Of a stretch of 64,000 bases of DNA, positions 40,400 through 50,009 are shown piece after piece. Within the stretch, counting starts at the first letter, position 1. Each line of letters begins with the position of its first letter. The translations under genes were made by a program, and so were the position numbers. The notes beneath the pieces were generated by a model. The model did no database searches, was not told the DNA's origin, and saw only the letters and a list, made by a program, of their open reading frames with translations. Origin of the DNA: Chloroflexota bacterium. GTDB taxonomy: Bacteria > Chloroflexota > Anaerolineae > CAYNKW01. The DNA is taken from the NCBI GenBank assembly GCA_049324835.1, contig JBMOMT010000055.1, positions 100,549 through 164,548 of the forward strand, written 5' to 3'.

Positions 40400-42058
40400 C
40401 TAGGGGCGTCGCAGCACTTGTCCCGGCAGGTTTCCGGTGTGCCGTTCTTTTTCCACCACGACCTGACCATTGACCAGCACGTAATGTATCCCCCTGGGAT
40501 ACTGGTAAGGATTGGCACAAGTGGTCTGGTCGGCGATGGTATCGGCGTCGAAAATGACGAGATCGGCCCACATGCCCTCGCGGACCAGTCCGCGGTCTCG
40601 CAATCCAAGCCGCTGCGCGGGCGCGGAGGTCATTTTGCGCACTGCCTCCTGGAGGGTGAGGATCTTTTTGCCGCGTTCCAGGGGTTCATCGGCTCTGTCC
40701 TCGCCGCGCACGTATTTACGAAAGGTCATCGGAAAGCTGCCAAATCCCCTGGGGTTCGCCGCGCCGGTGGTGGAGGTCGAGATACCGGCGTCGGTTTCGA
40801 TCATGGACAGAGGATGCGCCACCAGGATGCGCATATCCTCTTCACTGTGAAGCTGGGCGTGGCCCGGAAGGTCCTGTCCTTCTTCCAGCAGGAGATCAAA
40901 GACCACGTCAAAAGAGGGCGCCACGCCCCGCATGGCGGCGATCTGGGCCAGGCTCCTGGCTGTGTATTGCGGATTTCTGGCGCTCTCTCCCAGCCAACCC
41001 TTGTCCCAATTCCCATCGAGGAAAAAACGGGTGCCAAAAGGCTTTTCTGCCAGGATGAAATCGTTGATCTTTTTTCTGGTGATGGGATCGGCAAGGCGCT
41101 CCAGCAGCCGGGCAAAGCCGCCGTCCTGCGCCCAATCGGGCACCAGCACCGAAAGGTGACTCGTGCTCAACAGGTAGGGGGGAACGTCACAGGTGGCGTC
41201 GATGCCGCGAGCCCTGGCATCTTGCAGCATTTGCAGCACCTCTGCCTGCGTGCCCCAGTTTGGATAATGCGCCTCGATGTGGCTGATATGCACCGGCAGG
41301 CCTGCGCCTTTGCCGATATCGAGGGCCTCCTGCACCGAGGCTTTGTATCGTTCGGGGCTTCTCTCATCGCGCATGTGGATGCCAAAGAACCCACCGTACC
41401 GGCCGGCGACCTCGGCGACCGCGATCAATTCGTCCAGGGCGGCAAAGAAACCAGGCGCGTACAAAAGCCCGAAAGAAAGGCCAAAAGCCCCGGCCTCCAT
41501 GGCCTCGGCGACGTGGGCTCTCATGCTCGCCATCTCGGCAGCATCGGGCGGGCGATTGTCCCAGCCCAACACCATCGTTCTGACATTGCCGTGACCCACC
41601 AGGGCAGCCACGTTGGCCGCCGCGCCGCGCTTTTCCACCAGGGCCAGGTATTCGGCCAAAGTTCTCCAGCGGATGCCCTGCTCGGCCAGAGCGGCCATCA
41701 CGCCGTCTTGCACATCAAAATCGCCCGAGATGGCAGAGGCTTCAGGACTGATCGGTGCGGCAGATGAGCCGCAATTGCCGATGACCATGGTCGTCACGCC
41801 CTGCATGACCATGTTCTCTGCCTGCGGCCGCACCAGCACACTGATGTCTGAGTGGTTGTGGATGTCGATGAAGCCCGGGCAGACAACCAGCCCGGCAGCA
41901 TCGATCGTGCTCGCCGCCTGGGCGCCCGACAGGTCGCCGAGGGCCACGATCCGGGCGTTTTTTACACCCACGTCGGCTCTGAACCAGGGGTTTCCGCTGC
42001 CATCGACGATCCACCCATTCCGTATGAGCCGATCGTAGGAACTCGTCTGAACCATCAT
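40400..42058 (-). CDS. N-acyl-D-amino-acid deacylase (D-aminoacylase)
   Basis: PGFIDIHNHSD, GNCG, GHG, HMRDE, HISH, NPRGFGSFP. Confidence 0.9.
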   Translation of the reverse strand: MMVQTSSYDRLIRNGWIVDGSGNPWFRADVGVKNARIVALGDLSGAQAASTIDAAGLVVCPGFIDIHNHSDISVLVRPQAENMVMQGVTTMVIGNCGSSAAPISPEASAISGDFDVQDGVMAALAEQGIRWRTLAEYLALVEKRGAAANVAALVGHGNVRTMVLGWDNRPPDAAEMASMRAHVAEAMEAGAFGLSFGLLYAPGFFAALDELIAVAEVAGRYGGFFGIHMRDERSPERYKASVQEALDIGKGAGLPVHISHIEAHYPNWGTQAEVLQMLQDARARGIDATCDVPPYLLSTSHLSVLVPDWAQDGGFARLLERLADPITRKKINDFILAEKPFGTRFFLDGNWDKGWLGESARNPQYTARSLAQIAAMRGVAPSFDVVFDLLLEEGQDLPGHAQLHSEEDMRILVAHPLSMIETDAGISTSTTGAANPRGFGSFPMTFRKYVRGEDRADEPLERGKKILTLQEAVRKMTSAPAQRLGLRDRGLVREGMWADLVIFDADTIADQTTCANPYQYPRGIHYVLVNGQVVVEKERHTGNLPGQVLRRP

Positions 42059-42188
42059 GGCATCCTATCCTTTCCGCACGTAGAGCCTGCCAACGGCATG
42101 CTTCGAGATCGAGGTTTCCATACACCTGACGGCTCGCGGCGCGCCAGACACACTGCAGGAACCAACCGGGCTTTTCCCGCTCTCGCGC

Positions 42189-44324
42189 CTAAAAGGTTTC
42201 TCCCTTTTCGGCCATCTCGATCAAGAGATTGGGCGGTGAAAAGCGCTCGCCGTATGTTTCGGCCAGCTCGCGGCTGCGCGCCACAAAAGCCGGCAGACCA
42301 TAGTCGTTCAGGTATTGCAGGGTTCCCCCTTTAAAGGGGGCAAAGCCCCAGCCCAAGATGCTGCCGATATTCGCATTCGCCACCAAAGTGACCACCCCTT
42401 CTTCCCAGCAGCGCACCGTTTCCAGCGCCTGTACGAACATCAGCCGCTCGATCATCTCTGCCTGAGATAGCCTGGGCGCGTTGCGCTCGTAGAGCTGGTA
42501 GAGTTTGGGCCACAAATGTTTGTCGCCAGCCTGTGGATACTCGTAAAAGCCGGCACCCGCCCCCCGGCCGTGGCGACCCTCGATCTTGACCATCTGCTGC
42601 AGGACGGCGTGGGCTGGCTGGAGGATCATCTCTTTGCCTTCGGCGGCCAGGTCTCGGATGGTCTGCTCGTGGATGTGCATAGCCAGATTCAGCCCCACCA
42701 TGTCGCCCACCTCCAGCGGCCCCATCGGCATGCCGGCCTGCAAGCCCGCCGACTCGATGGCGCGGGGATGCTGCCCTTCGGCGAGTAGATTCATACCCTC
42801 CATCACGTAGGCGCCGAACACGCGCGAAGTATAAAAGCCCCGGCTGTCGTTGACGACGATGGGTATCTTGTGGATCTTGAGCACATAATCGAAGGCTTTG
42901 GCCAGTGCCCGTTTGGACGTCTTTTTCCCGACAATGATCTCCACCAGGTTCATGCGATGCACAGGCGAGAAAAAGTGGATGCCGATGAAATTCTCTGGGC
43001 GGCTGGAGGACTCGGCCAGGCTGGTGATGGGCAGGGTGGAGGTGTTGGAGCCAAAGACCGCGTCATCGTCGAGCTGCGCCTCGGCCTCGCGGGTAGCCTG
43101 GTCCTTGACCTTACGATCTTCGAAAACGGCCTCGACGATCAAATCGCAGCCTCTGAGATCCTCGGCAGACGCCGTGGTCACCACTCTATCCAGAATGGCC
43201 TGCATCTCTTCCTGGCTCATGCGTCCCTGAGACACACGTTTGCCGGCCAGTTCGGCGATGGCCGCCTTGCCCGCTTTGGCCCTGGCCAGCGTCAGATCCT
43301 TCAGCACCACCTCCATTCCGGCCCAGGCGGTGACGTAGGCGATGCCGTGGCCCATCAGGCCCGCGCCCAGAACCCCCACTTTTTTCGTCTCGGTGGGTCC
43401 GATGTCGTCCGGCCGGCTGCCGCCGCCGTTTATCTCGTTGAGTTGGAACCAAAAGGCGTTGATCATGTTCTTGGCTACCTGGCTGGTAGCCACGCGGCTA
43501 AAATAACGCGACTCGATCCGGCTGGCCGTGTCGAAATCTACGGCTGCGCCTTCGACCATGGCGCTCATGATCGCCTCAGGAGCCGGATAGTTGCGATAGG
43601 TTTTTTTGCGCATCATGGCCGGAGCGAGAATCAACATCTGCGCCATCTTGGGGTGGTTCGGCAGCCCTCCGGGCATGCGGTAGCCGCTGTTGTCCCATGG
43701 CTGAGCCGATTCAGGGTTGGCCAGAATCCACGCTCTGGCTTTGGCCATCATATCATCGTGGTCCGCCGCCAGCTCGTCGACAAAACCCGCTGCCAGAGCC
43801 TGCTGAGGGTCGAGCTGCTGGCCTTCGGTCAGATAGGGAAAAGCCGCCTGCAAGCCCAGCATCCTCGTCAGACGGGTCACCCCTCCGCCGCCGGGCAGCA
43901 GGCCCAGCGTCACCTCTGGCAGGCCCAGCCGCGTCCTGGGGTGATCGATGGCAACGCGGTGATGGCAGGCGAGGGCGACCTCGAACCCGCCGCCCAGAGC
44001 GGTGCCGTTGATGGCGGCCACGACCGGCTTGCCCATCGTTTCCAGCCGTCGCATCTGACCCTTGAGCTCCTCCAGTTTGGCGAATACCGTGCCGGCGTCC
44101 TTCATGCCATACAACCACTCTAGCTCGGCGCCGGCGATAAAGGTCTTTTTGGCCGAGGCAAGGATCACGCCGGCCAGATTTTCCTCGGCGGCCAGGCGCT
44201 TCAGGGCTCCGGCAAACGCCTGGCCGAACTCGTCGTTGATCACATTCACCGACCGGCCCGGCATGTCCAGGGTCAGGGTGACAATGTTCCGGGCGTCCTT
44301 GTCGTAGGTTATCGGTTCACTCAT
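42189..44324 (-). CDS. fadB: Fatty-acid beta-oxidation multifunctional protein (enoyl-CoA hydratase / 3-hydroxyacyl-CoA dehydrogenase)
   Basis: ALGGGFE, GLPEVTLGLLPG, GAGLMG, SNTSTLP, HFFSPV. Confidence 0.9.
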   Translation of the reverse strand: MSEPITYDKDARNIVTLTLDMPGRSVNVINDEFGQAFAGALKRLAAEENLAGVILASAKKTFIAGAELEWLYGMKDAGTVFAKLEELKGQMRRLETMGKPVVAAINGTALGGGFEVALACHHRVAIDHPRTRLGLPEVTLGLLPGGGGVTRLTRMLGLQAAFPYLTEGQQLDPQQALAAGFVDELAADHDDMMAKARAWILANPESAQPWDNSGYRMPGGLPNHPKMAQMLILAPAMMRKKTYRNYPAPEAIMSAMVEGAAVDFDTASRIESRYFSRVATSQVAKNMINAFWFQLNEINGGGSRPDDIGPTETKKVGVLGAGLMGHGIAYVTAWAGMEVVLKDLTLARAKAGKAAIAELAGKRVSQGRMSQEEMQAILDRVVTTASAEDLRGCDLIVEAVFEDRKVKDQATREAEAQLDDDAVFGSNTSTLPITSLAESSSRPENFIGIHFFSPVHRMNLVEIIVGKKTSKRALAKAFDYVLKIHKIPIVVNDSRGFYTSRVFGAYVMEGMNLLAEGQHPRAIESAGLQAGMPMGPLEVGDMVGLNLAMHIHEQTIRDLAAEGKEMILQPAHAVLQQMVKIEGRHGRGAGAGFYEYPQAGDKHLWPKLYQLYERNAPRLSQAEMIERLMFVQALETVRCWEEGVVTLVANANIGSILGWGFAPFKGGTLQYLNDYGLPAFVARSRELAETYGERFSPPNLLIEMAEKGETF

Positions 44325-44352
44325 GCCTGCTCTCCCGTCCTCCATACCTGCC

Positions 44353-45561
44353 TCACACCCGCTCAATGATGGTGGTGATGCCCATTCCGCCGCCAGCGCA
44401 CAGGGTGATGAGCGCCGTCTCTTTGTCCCGGCGTTCCAATTCATCCAGGGCTGTGCCCAGGAGCATGGCCCCCGTGGCGCCCAGCGGGTGGCCCAGGGCG
44501 ATGGCGCCGCCATTGACGTTCACATTGTCGAGACTGTCCAAACGCATATCTCGCAGGAAACGCAGGGGCACGGCGGCAAAAGCTTCGTTGACCTCGATCA
44601 GGTCGATGTCGGCGATGGTCATGCCGGCCTTTGCCAGCGCCCTCTTGGACGCCGGCCCGGGGGCGACAAGCATGATCGTCGGCTCGGCGCCCAGCAGCCC
44701 CATCGAGACCACGCGGGCGCGGGGCTTGAGACCCAGGGCCTGCCCTTTTTCCCTGGAACCCACCAACACCATCGCAGCGCCGTCTACGATCCCCGACGAA
44801 TTGCCGGCGGTGTGAACGTGTTCGATGCGCTCCACCTCGGGGTATCTCTGCAGCACGACGGCGTCAAAGCCCATCTCGCCCATGGTCTGAAAGGCGGGCC
44901 TGAGCTCACCCAGAATCTCGGGCGTCGTGCCCGGGCGGATGTATTCGTCCTGCTCCAGGATAGGGATGCCGTTCTGGTCCATCACCGGTACGATCGATTT
45001 AAAATAGCCGTTTGCCCGGGCGTGGGCGGCGAGCCGCTGCGAACGAGCGGCAAACTCGTCGAGCTCCCGCCGGCAGAAGCCCTCCAGGGTAGCGATCAGG
45101 TCTGCCCCCACTCCCTGGGGCACAAAACCGGTGTTCAGGCTCACGCTGGGGCTGGTGATCACGGCGCCGCCGTCGGACATCATGGGCACCCTGGACATCG
45201 ATTCAACGCCGCCGGCCACCACCAGGTCTTCCCAGCCAGAGCGCACCTTCATGGCTGCCATGTTGACCGCATCCAGGCCGGAAGCGCAGAAACGGTTGAT
45301 CTGAACGCCGGGCGCGGTATCGGCCCAGCCGGCATAAAGAAGGCCAAAACGGGCGATATCGGCCCCCTGATCGCCCACAGGCGCGACACAGCCCAGGATG
45401 ACATCGTCGACCTGCGCGGTATCGAGTCCGTGGCGCTGTTCGAGCGACTTGAGGAGCGCGGCGACAAGTTCGATGGGCGGCACTTCATACAGCGCGCCAT
45501 CCTTTTTGCCCTTGCCGCGCGGTGTACGAATGGCGTCCAAGATATACGCTTCGGTTGACAT
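44353..45561 (-). CDS. fadA: Acetyl-CoA C-acyltransferase (thiolase)
   Basis: [25 protein letters not shown]. Confidence 0.92.
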   Translation of the reverse strand: MSTEAYILDAIRTPRGKGKKDGALYEVPPIELVAALLKSLEQRHGLDTAQVDDVILGCVAPVGDQGADIARFGLLYAGWADTAPGVQINRFCASGLDAVNMAAMKVRSGWEDLVVAGGVESMSRVPMMSDGGAVITSPSVSLNTGFVPQGVGADLIATLEGFCRRELDEFAARSQRLAAHARANGYFKSIVPVMDQNGIPILEQDEYIRPGTTPEILGELRPAFQTMGEMGFDAVVLQRYPEVERIEHVHTAGNSSGIVDGAAMVLVGSREKGQALGLKPRARVVSMGLLGAEPTIMLVAPGPASKRALAKAGMTIADIDLIEVNEAFAAVPLRFLRDMRLDSLDNVNVNGGAIALGHPLGATGAMLLGTALDELERRDKETALITLCAGGGMGITTIIERV

Positions 45562-45611
45562 TCTCCGACTCCTTTGCCGGGAAGGCGGGTAGGGTCGATT
45601 GTAGATTTTGG

Positions 45612-45748
45612 GTAACTGTTCACCCTCCCGCAGGCTCTTGGCGCGCCCCTACACTGCCGCAATCTGTCGATTCGCCAGTGTCCAGTCGGCCAGATTATGG
45701 GACAGGATGAACGGTTTTAGCCTGCGGGAGGGTAGGCTGAGCAGTTAC
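45612..45748 (+). mobile_element. MITE copy 3, complete, 8-bp TSD GATTTTGG
   Basis: TIRs GTAACTGTTCA...CCCTCCCGCAGGCT / AGCCTGCGGGAGGG...TGAGCAGTTAC; GATTTTGG at 45604-45611 and 45749-45756. Confidence 0.9.
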
Positions 45749-45761
45749 GATTTTGGGAAGG

Positions 45762-45790
45762 ACGGGCCGCATTAAAAAAGCGCGGCCCGT
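45762..45790 (-). terminator. GC hairpin downstream of the substrate-binding protein gene
   Basis: ACGGGCCGC...GCGGCCCGT inverted repeat 20 nt after the stop. Confidence 0.5.
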
Positions 45791-45810
45791 ATCCCAGCAC
45801 CTGCCCAAGC

Positions 45811-47532
45811 CTATTCCGGCATCATTTCGATGTAGGCATCCCACAGGTACAGCCAGCCCTGCGCCGGGACGTATACCGCTCCCTGGACTTTTTTGCTCAG
45901 GGCATAGTTCTCCAGGGGGCCATAGAGCCCCGAACCGTAGGCATTCTCTACGGCCAGCCTTTGCAGCTCGGTGACAGCTTTTTCGATGGCCTCGGCCCCG
46001 TTGGCAATGACCATGGCGATGACGGCATTGTCAAGGGTGTTCACGCGCGAGATATTCCAGCCGCCGATGTTGCTGCTGTGGAACATCACGAACATGATAC
46101 CATAGTTGGGCCAGCCGAGGACGGTCACGGCCAGGTCAAAATCGCCGTTTACCGAGGTGGTCTCGTAGAACACGCCCGGCTCGAGCTGCTGTAGTTCGAC
46201 CTGCACCCCGAGCTGCTCGAACTGCTCCTTCAGGATTTCGCCCACTTTGACCATCGACGGATCGACGGTCAGGCCGACAGTCAGCGGCTGGCCATCCTTC
46301 TCCAGCATACCATCGCTGCCCTCTGTATAGCCAGCTTCGGCCATGAGAGCCCTGGCCTTGGCCAGATCATAGGGGTAGCCAAGGTATTCCACGCCGGGCC
46401 AATAGCCCACAGTGGCCGGCGTAATGGGCCCGTAGCTCGGCACGGCCTGCCCGCTCTCCACAACCTGGACAAGCACGGGCCGGTTCACGGCGTAACTGAA
46501 GGCCTGGCGCACGCGCAGATCGTCAAAGGGCGCTCGCGAGGTGTTCATCTCTAACCGCACGCCGGCGCCGCTGCGACCCACCGACAGCATCTGCCACAGC
46601 CCAGACCCGGTGATGCGCTCCACATCTTTGGCCTGGAGGTTGATAAAATCCAACTCGCCAGATTCAAGCCCCGCCAGTCTGGTGGCATACTCGGGGATGA
46701 TGCGAAACTCTAGCGTCTCGATCATGGGCGCGCCGCCCTGGGTGAACCCGGGGCCCCAGGCAAAATCGGGGTTTCGCTCCAGGACGATCTTTTCGCCAGT
46801 GACCCATTCTTTGAACTTGAAAGGTCCTACACCGATGGGATTGCGGCCAAAGTCGTCTCCCATTTCTTCCACAGCCGCCTGCGGGATCGGCTGCAGGTAA
46901 CAGGTATTGGCCATAGAGTCCAACAGCACCGAGTTGGGCATGCCCATGGTCAGCACCAGGGTACGATCATCCACCGCCTCGGCTCCTGCCAGCCCCACCA
47001 GCGTTTGACCGGCTGTTGGCGACTTGGTTTCAGGATCGATGGCCCGGTTAAAGGTGTAGGCATAGTCCTGAGCCGTCAGCGGCGTGCCATCGTGAAAGGT
47101 GACATCCTCCCGCAGTTTGAACTCGTAGCTCATGCCGCCCGGTCCTACTGTCCAGCTTTCGGCCAGATAGGGAACCAGCTCACCCGTGTTGGGATGCCTG
47201 GCAATCAGTCCGGCGCCAAAAAACTGGCAGGGGATAAACAGTCGCCCGGACTTGTGCACGTCGAGGGTGTCTGGCTCTTCGGCCAGGCCATAGACCAGAG
47301 TGCCGCCGACAGCCGGCGCCATCTTGGGCTCGGGCGTGGCGGTAACGACCTTTTCAACCTCGACGACTTTGGTGATCTCTTTTTCTATCACCTGTGGTGT
47401 GCCTTCAACGATGACCGTTTCTTTGACGATCTCGGTCACGATCTTTTCCACGATCTCTGGCGTCGGCGTGCTGCAAGACGCCAGCAGCAACGAGATTACC
47501 ATCAGCGCAACCCATACACTTTTGTATTTCAT
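45811..47532 (-). CDS. ABC transporter substrate-binding lipoprotein (family 5, peptide/nickel)
   Basis: Lipobox LASC; PYLAESW, LREDVTFHDG, GVGPF; VEKIVT low-complexity linker. Confidence 0.92.
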   Translation of the reverse strand: MKYKSVWVALMVISLLLASCSTPTPEIVEKIVTEIVKETVIVEGTPQVIEKEITKVVEVEKVVTATPEPKMAPAVGGTLVYGLAEEPDTLDVHKSGRLFIPCQFFGAGLIARHPNTGELVPYLAESWTVGPGGMSYEFKLREDVTFHDGTPLTAQDYAYTFNRAIDPETKSPTAGQTLVGLAGAEAVDDRTLVLTMGMPNSVLLDSMANTCYLQPIPQAAVEEMGDDFGRNPIGVGPFKFKEWVTGEKIVLERNPDFAWGPGFTQGGAPMIETLEFRIIPEYATRLAGLESGELDFINLQAKDVERITGSGLWQMLSVGRSGAGVRLEMNTSRAPFDDLRVRQAFSYAVNRPVLVQVVESGQAVPSYGPITPATVGYWPGVEYLGYPYDLAKARALMAEAGYTEGSDGMLEKDGQPLTVGLTVDPSMVKVGEILKEQFEQLGVQVELQQLEPGVFYETTSVNGDFDLAVTVLGWPNYGIMFVMFHSSNIGGWNISRVNTLDNAVIAMVIANGAEAIEKAVTELQRLAVENAYGSGLYGPLENYALSKKVQGAVYVPAQGWLYLWDAYIEMMPE

Positions 47533-47676
47533 CACTATTCCTCCTCCTGTCTTGGCGAGCAATCACTCGATGACACACACCGCCAGCAAATTTTTCCCTA
47601 TTCACCTCCTTGTCCAGATTAACTGGTCCGTTTTCTCGGACGCAGATAGAAATTCAAAATCGCTGCACCTGGTCAT

Positions 47677-48900
47677 CTAACCGGCCGGGATCTGAATCGC
47701 GCCGCACGGAAAGACCGTGACCCAAGCTCGCTTGCCATGCCGCGCCAACAGTTCCCGCTCCACTTGAGGCCATTGGTTATAGACCAGCGTATCGTCGGGG
47801 TAAAAAGTCCTGACTTCAGGATAGGACAGGTTGGGAGAAAACACAATAGCCCCATGCTTGCCCAGGCCCATCATCTCCCGTGAGAGCTTGAGGTACAGGC
47901 GCATGCCGACGCTTTCCAGGTAGATGATGCCGATGCCTTCCGGGGCGGCGGTAGTCAGGACGGCGGTGCCATCTGCCTTTAGAACGCGGCTCAGGTCATA
48001 ACCTGCCGCGTTCAGCGAATTGATGGACTGTATCAGGTTGGTGTCTTTGGGATAGGCGTTGAACACAACCACATCGGCGGGCGGCGGCAGCTCGGTGGCA
48101 GAGACCCTCCGGGCCAGGTCTGCCGCTGCCCGGTGGGCCTGCACCTGGTGCCCGGCAAACAGGCCCACGAGCTGCCGCCGGGAATTGATCACGCCATTGA
48201 TGGCAAAACTCAGGCCCGCCATCCGGGCAATCTCTTCCATGTCGTCGCGGCAGTCATTGCCATCCAGCTTGCCGGTGGTCGGCAGGCCGGAACTGTAAGC
48301 CCGGCCGTGATTGGCAAAAAGCGTGTCGATGCCGGCCACACCGACGGCCACCGTCTTGGCTCCCGAGCCAAAGCCAGCGTAAGGATGGGGCGTCACCGTT
48401 CCCAGGCTGATGCGCAGGTCAGCGTCCAGGTAAAAACGGCTGATGTAAACAGGCGTCCCGCGCTGTGTATCACCCAGATACGCCAGGTTCTCGTAGGGTT
48501 GGTTCTGGTAGACCGCATAGTGCTCGACGACGCTCTTGCCCAGTTTTTTGATCAGATCCGGGCGGTTCATCGGCGTGTGCGCGCCCAAACCCATGGTGAT
48601 CCACACATCATCCCCCCGGATGCCGCCTGCTGCCAGCTCGGAGAGAATGGCGGGCAATATAGCGGCTGTGTCCAGCGGCCGGGTGATATCCTCCACCACG
48701 ATGACGGCCTTTTGGCTCCCTTGGGCCAGCTCTCGCAGGGGCGGCGCGCCGATGGGGCGCTGAAGCGCCTCGAGAATCATATCCTCTGATGCCGGCGGGG
48801 CGTCTGCCATATGGGCCAGGCGCACCTGCCATCCATCCGGGAATGTCAGTTCCTGCTCAGTCTCACCGTACCATGCCTGCCACGGAACTCGAATTGCCAT
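47677..48900 (-). CDS. LarA-family (nickel-pincer) racemase/epimerase
   Basis: EDITRP, LGAH, PHPYAGFGSGAK, NH motifs. Confidence 0.85.
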   Translation of the reverse strand: MAIRVPWQAWYGETEQELTFPDGWQVRLAHMADAPPASEDMILEALQRPIGAPPLRELAQGSQKAVIVVEDITRPLDTAAILPAILSELAAGGIRGDDVWITMGLGAHTPMNRPDLIKKLGKSVVEHYAVYQNQPYENLAYLGDTQRGTPVYISRFYLDADLRISLGTVTPHPYAGFGSGAKTVAVGVAGIDTLFANHGRAYSSGLPTTGKLDGNDCRDDMEEIARMAGLSFAINGVINSRRQLVGLFAGHQVQAHRAAADLARRVSATELPPPADVVVFNAYPKDTNLIQSINSLNAAGYDLSRVLKADGTAVLTTAAPEGIGIIYLESVGMRLYLKLSREMMGLGKHGAIVFSPNLSYPEVRTFYPDDTLVYNQWPQVERELLARHGKRAWVTVFPCGAIQIPAG

Positions 48901-48913
48901 TGGCTGCCTCTCG

Positions 48914-49098
48914 ATCGATGACTATTGATTTGAGTGTGGCTAAAATCTGTGGGAAACTCTCCCGCGGGTTCGATGGATACGCTTCTCCTGAGCTTGGGCC
49001 CATGAAAACCCTTTCTGGAGGTATGATTCTTGCTCAACCTGCGGGAGGGTCAGACACCTCCCACGATTTTTGGCCACACTCGATTGATTTTTATCGAT
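48914..49098. repeat. Long imperfect inverted repeat whose inner arms resemble the MITE TIR
   Basis: GAGTGTGGCTAAAATCTGTGGGAAACTCTCCCGCGGGTT vs AACCTGCGGGAGGGT...TCCCACGATTTTTGGCCACACTC. Confidence 0.6.
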
Positions 49099-49118
49099 GT
49101 AGCCTGACCAGGTTTCTC

Positions 49119-49991
49119 TCATTTTGGGGGCAAGTTATAGATCTCACGCGCTTCCTCGGGCGTCGCCACCTCACGCCCGGCCAGCCGGGCAATCTGAACT
49201 GCTTTCTCTACCTGATCCCAGTTACCCCTGGATAGCTCCCTGGTCGTATAATCGACATAAATATTGTCTTCCAGGCCGACGCGAATGTGGCCGCCATGGA
49301 TCGCGCTGGCCATAGCGACCGGGAAACAGTACGGGCCCACGCCAATGCCCTGCCAGGTCGAGCCGGGGGGCAGCATGTGAACAAAGGTGCTGATGATATC
49401 GGGGCCAAAGGGCACACCACCGGTCACACCCATGACAATCGAAAAATGCAGGGGGCGCACCAAAAAGTCGTAATGCGTGTCCAGGAAGAGGGCATTTTGT
49501 ACGTGCGACAGGGCAAAGCACTCGAGCTCGGGTTTGATGCCCTTCTCTTTCATCAGCGTCCCGTACTCGATGGTCATCTGCATGGGGTTTTCAAAGGTGA
49601 AATCATAGATGATCTGGCCGCTCTTGTGGTTCACGATACAAAAATTCATCGTGCCCGGATTCAGCGAAGCCAGTTCCGGGCTGTGACGCTCGATGCCCAC
49701 TTTGCGCGATTCCAGGGGCAAAAAAGGGCCCTGGAACCCGGTGCTGATGTTGAGCAGCACGCCGCTGTTCTCCCGTATGGCCTGGACGACCTCGTCGATG
49801 AGAGTGGGGTCGGCCGAGGGCAGGCCGGTGTCCGGATCGCGAAAGTGAATGTGAACGATGGCCGCTCCGGCCTCTTCGGCCCGGCTGGCCTCGCGGGCAA
49901 ACTCTTCGGGCGTGTACGGTACGTTGGGGTTCTGTTCTTTTCGTGTCGCTCCACCGCACAGCGCGGCAGTGATTACCAGCTTGTCTGCCAT
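49119..49991 (-). CDS. Beta-keto acid cleavage enzyme (BKACE / 3-keto-5-aminohexanoate cleavage family)
   Basis: ITAALCG, PYTPEE, HIHFRD, STG, SLNPG, PELE, RVGLEDN. Confidence 0.9.
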   Translation of the reverse strand: MADKLVITAALCGGATRKEQNPNVPYTPEEFAREASRAEEAGAAIVHIHFRDPDTGLPSADPTLIDEVVQAIRENSGVLLNISTGFQGPFLPLESRKVGIERHSPELASLNPGTMNFCIVNHKSGQIIYDFTFENPMQMTIEYGTLMKEKGIKPELECFALSHVQNALFLDTHYDFLVRPLHFSIVMGVTGGVPFGPDIISTFVHMLPPGSTWQGIGVGPYCFPVAMASAIHGGHIRVGLEDNIYVDYTTRELSRGNWDQVEKAVQIARLAGREVATPEEAREIYNLPPK

Positions 49992-50009
49992 CCGACACTC
50001 CTTTGCAAT

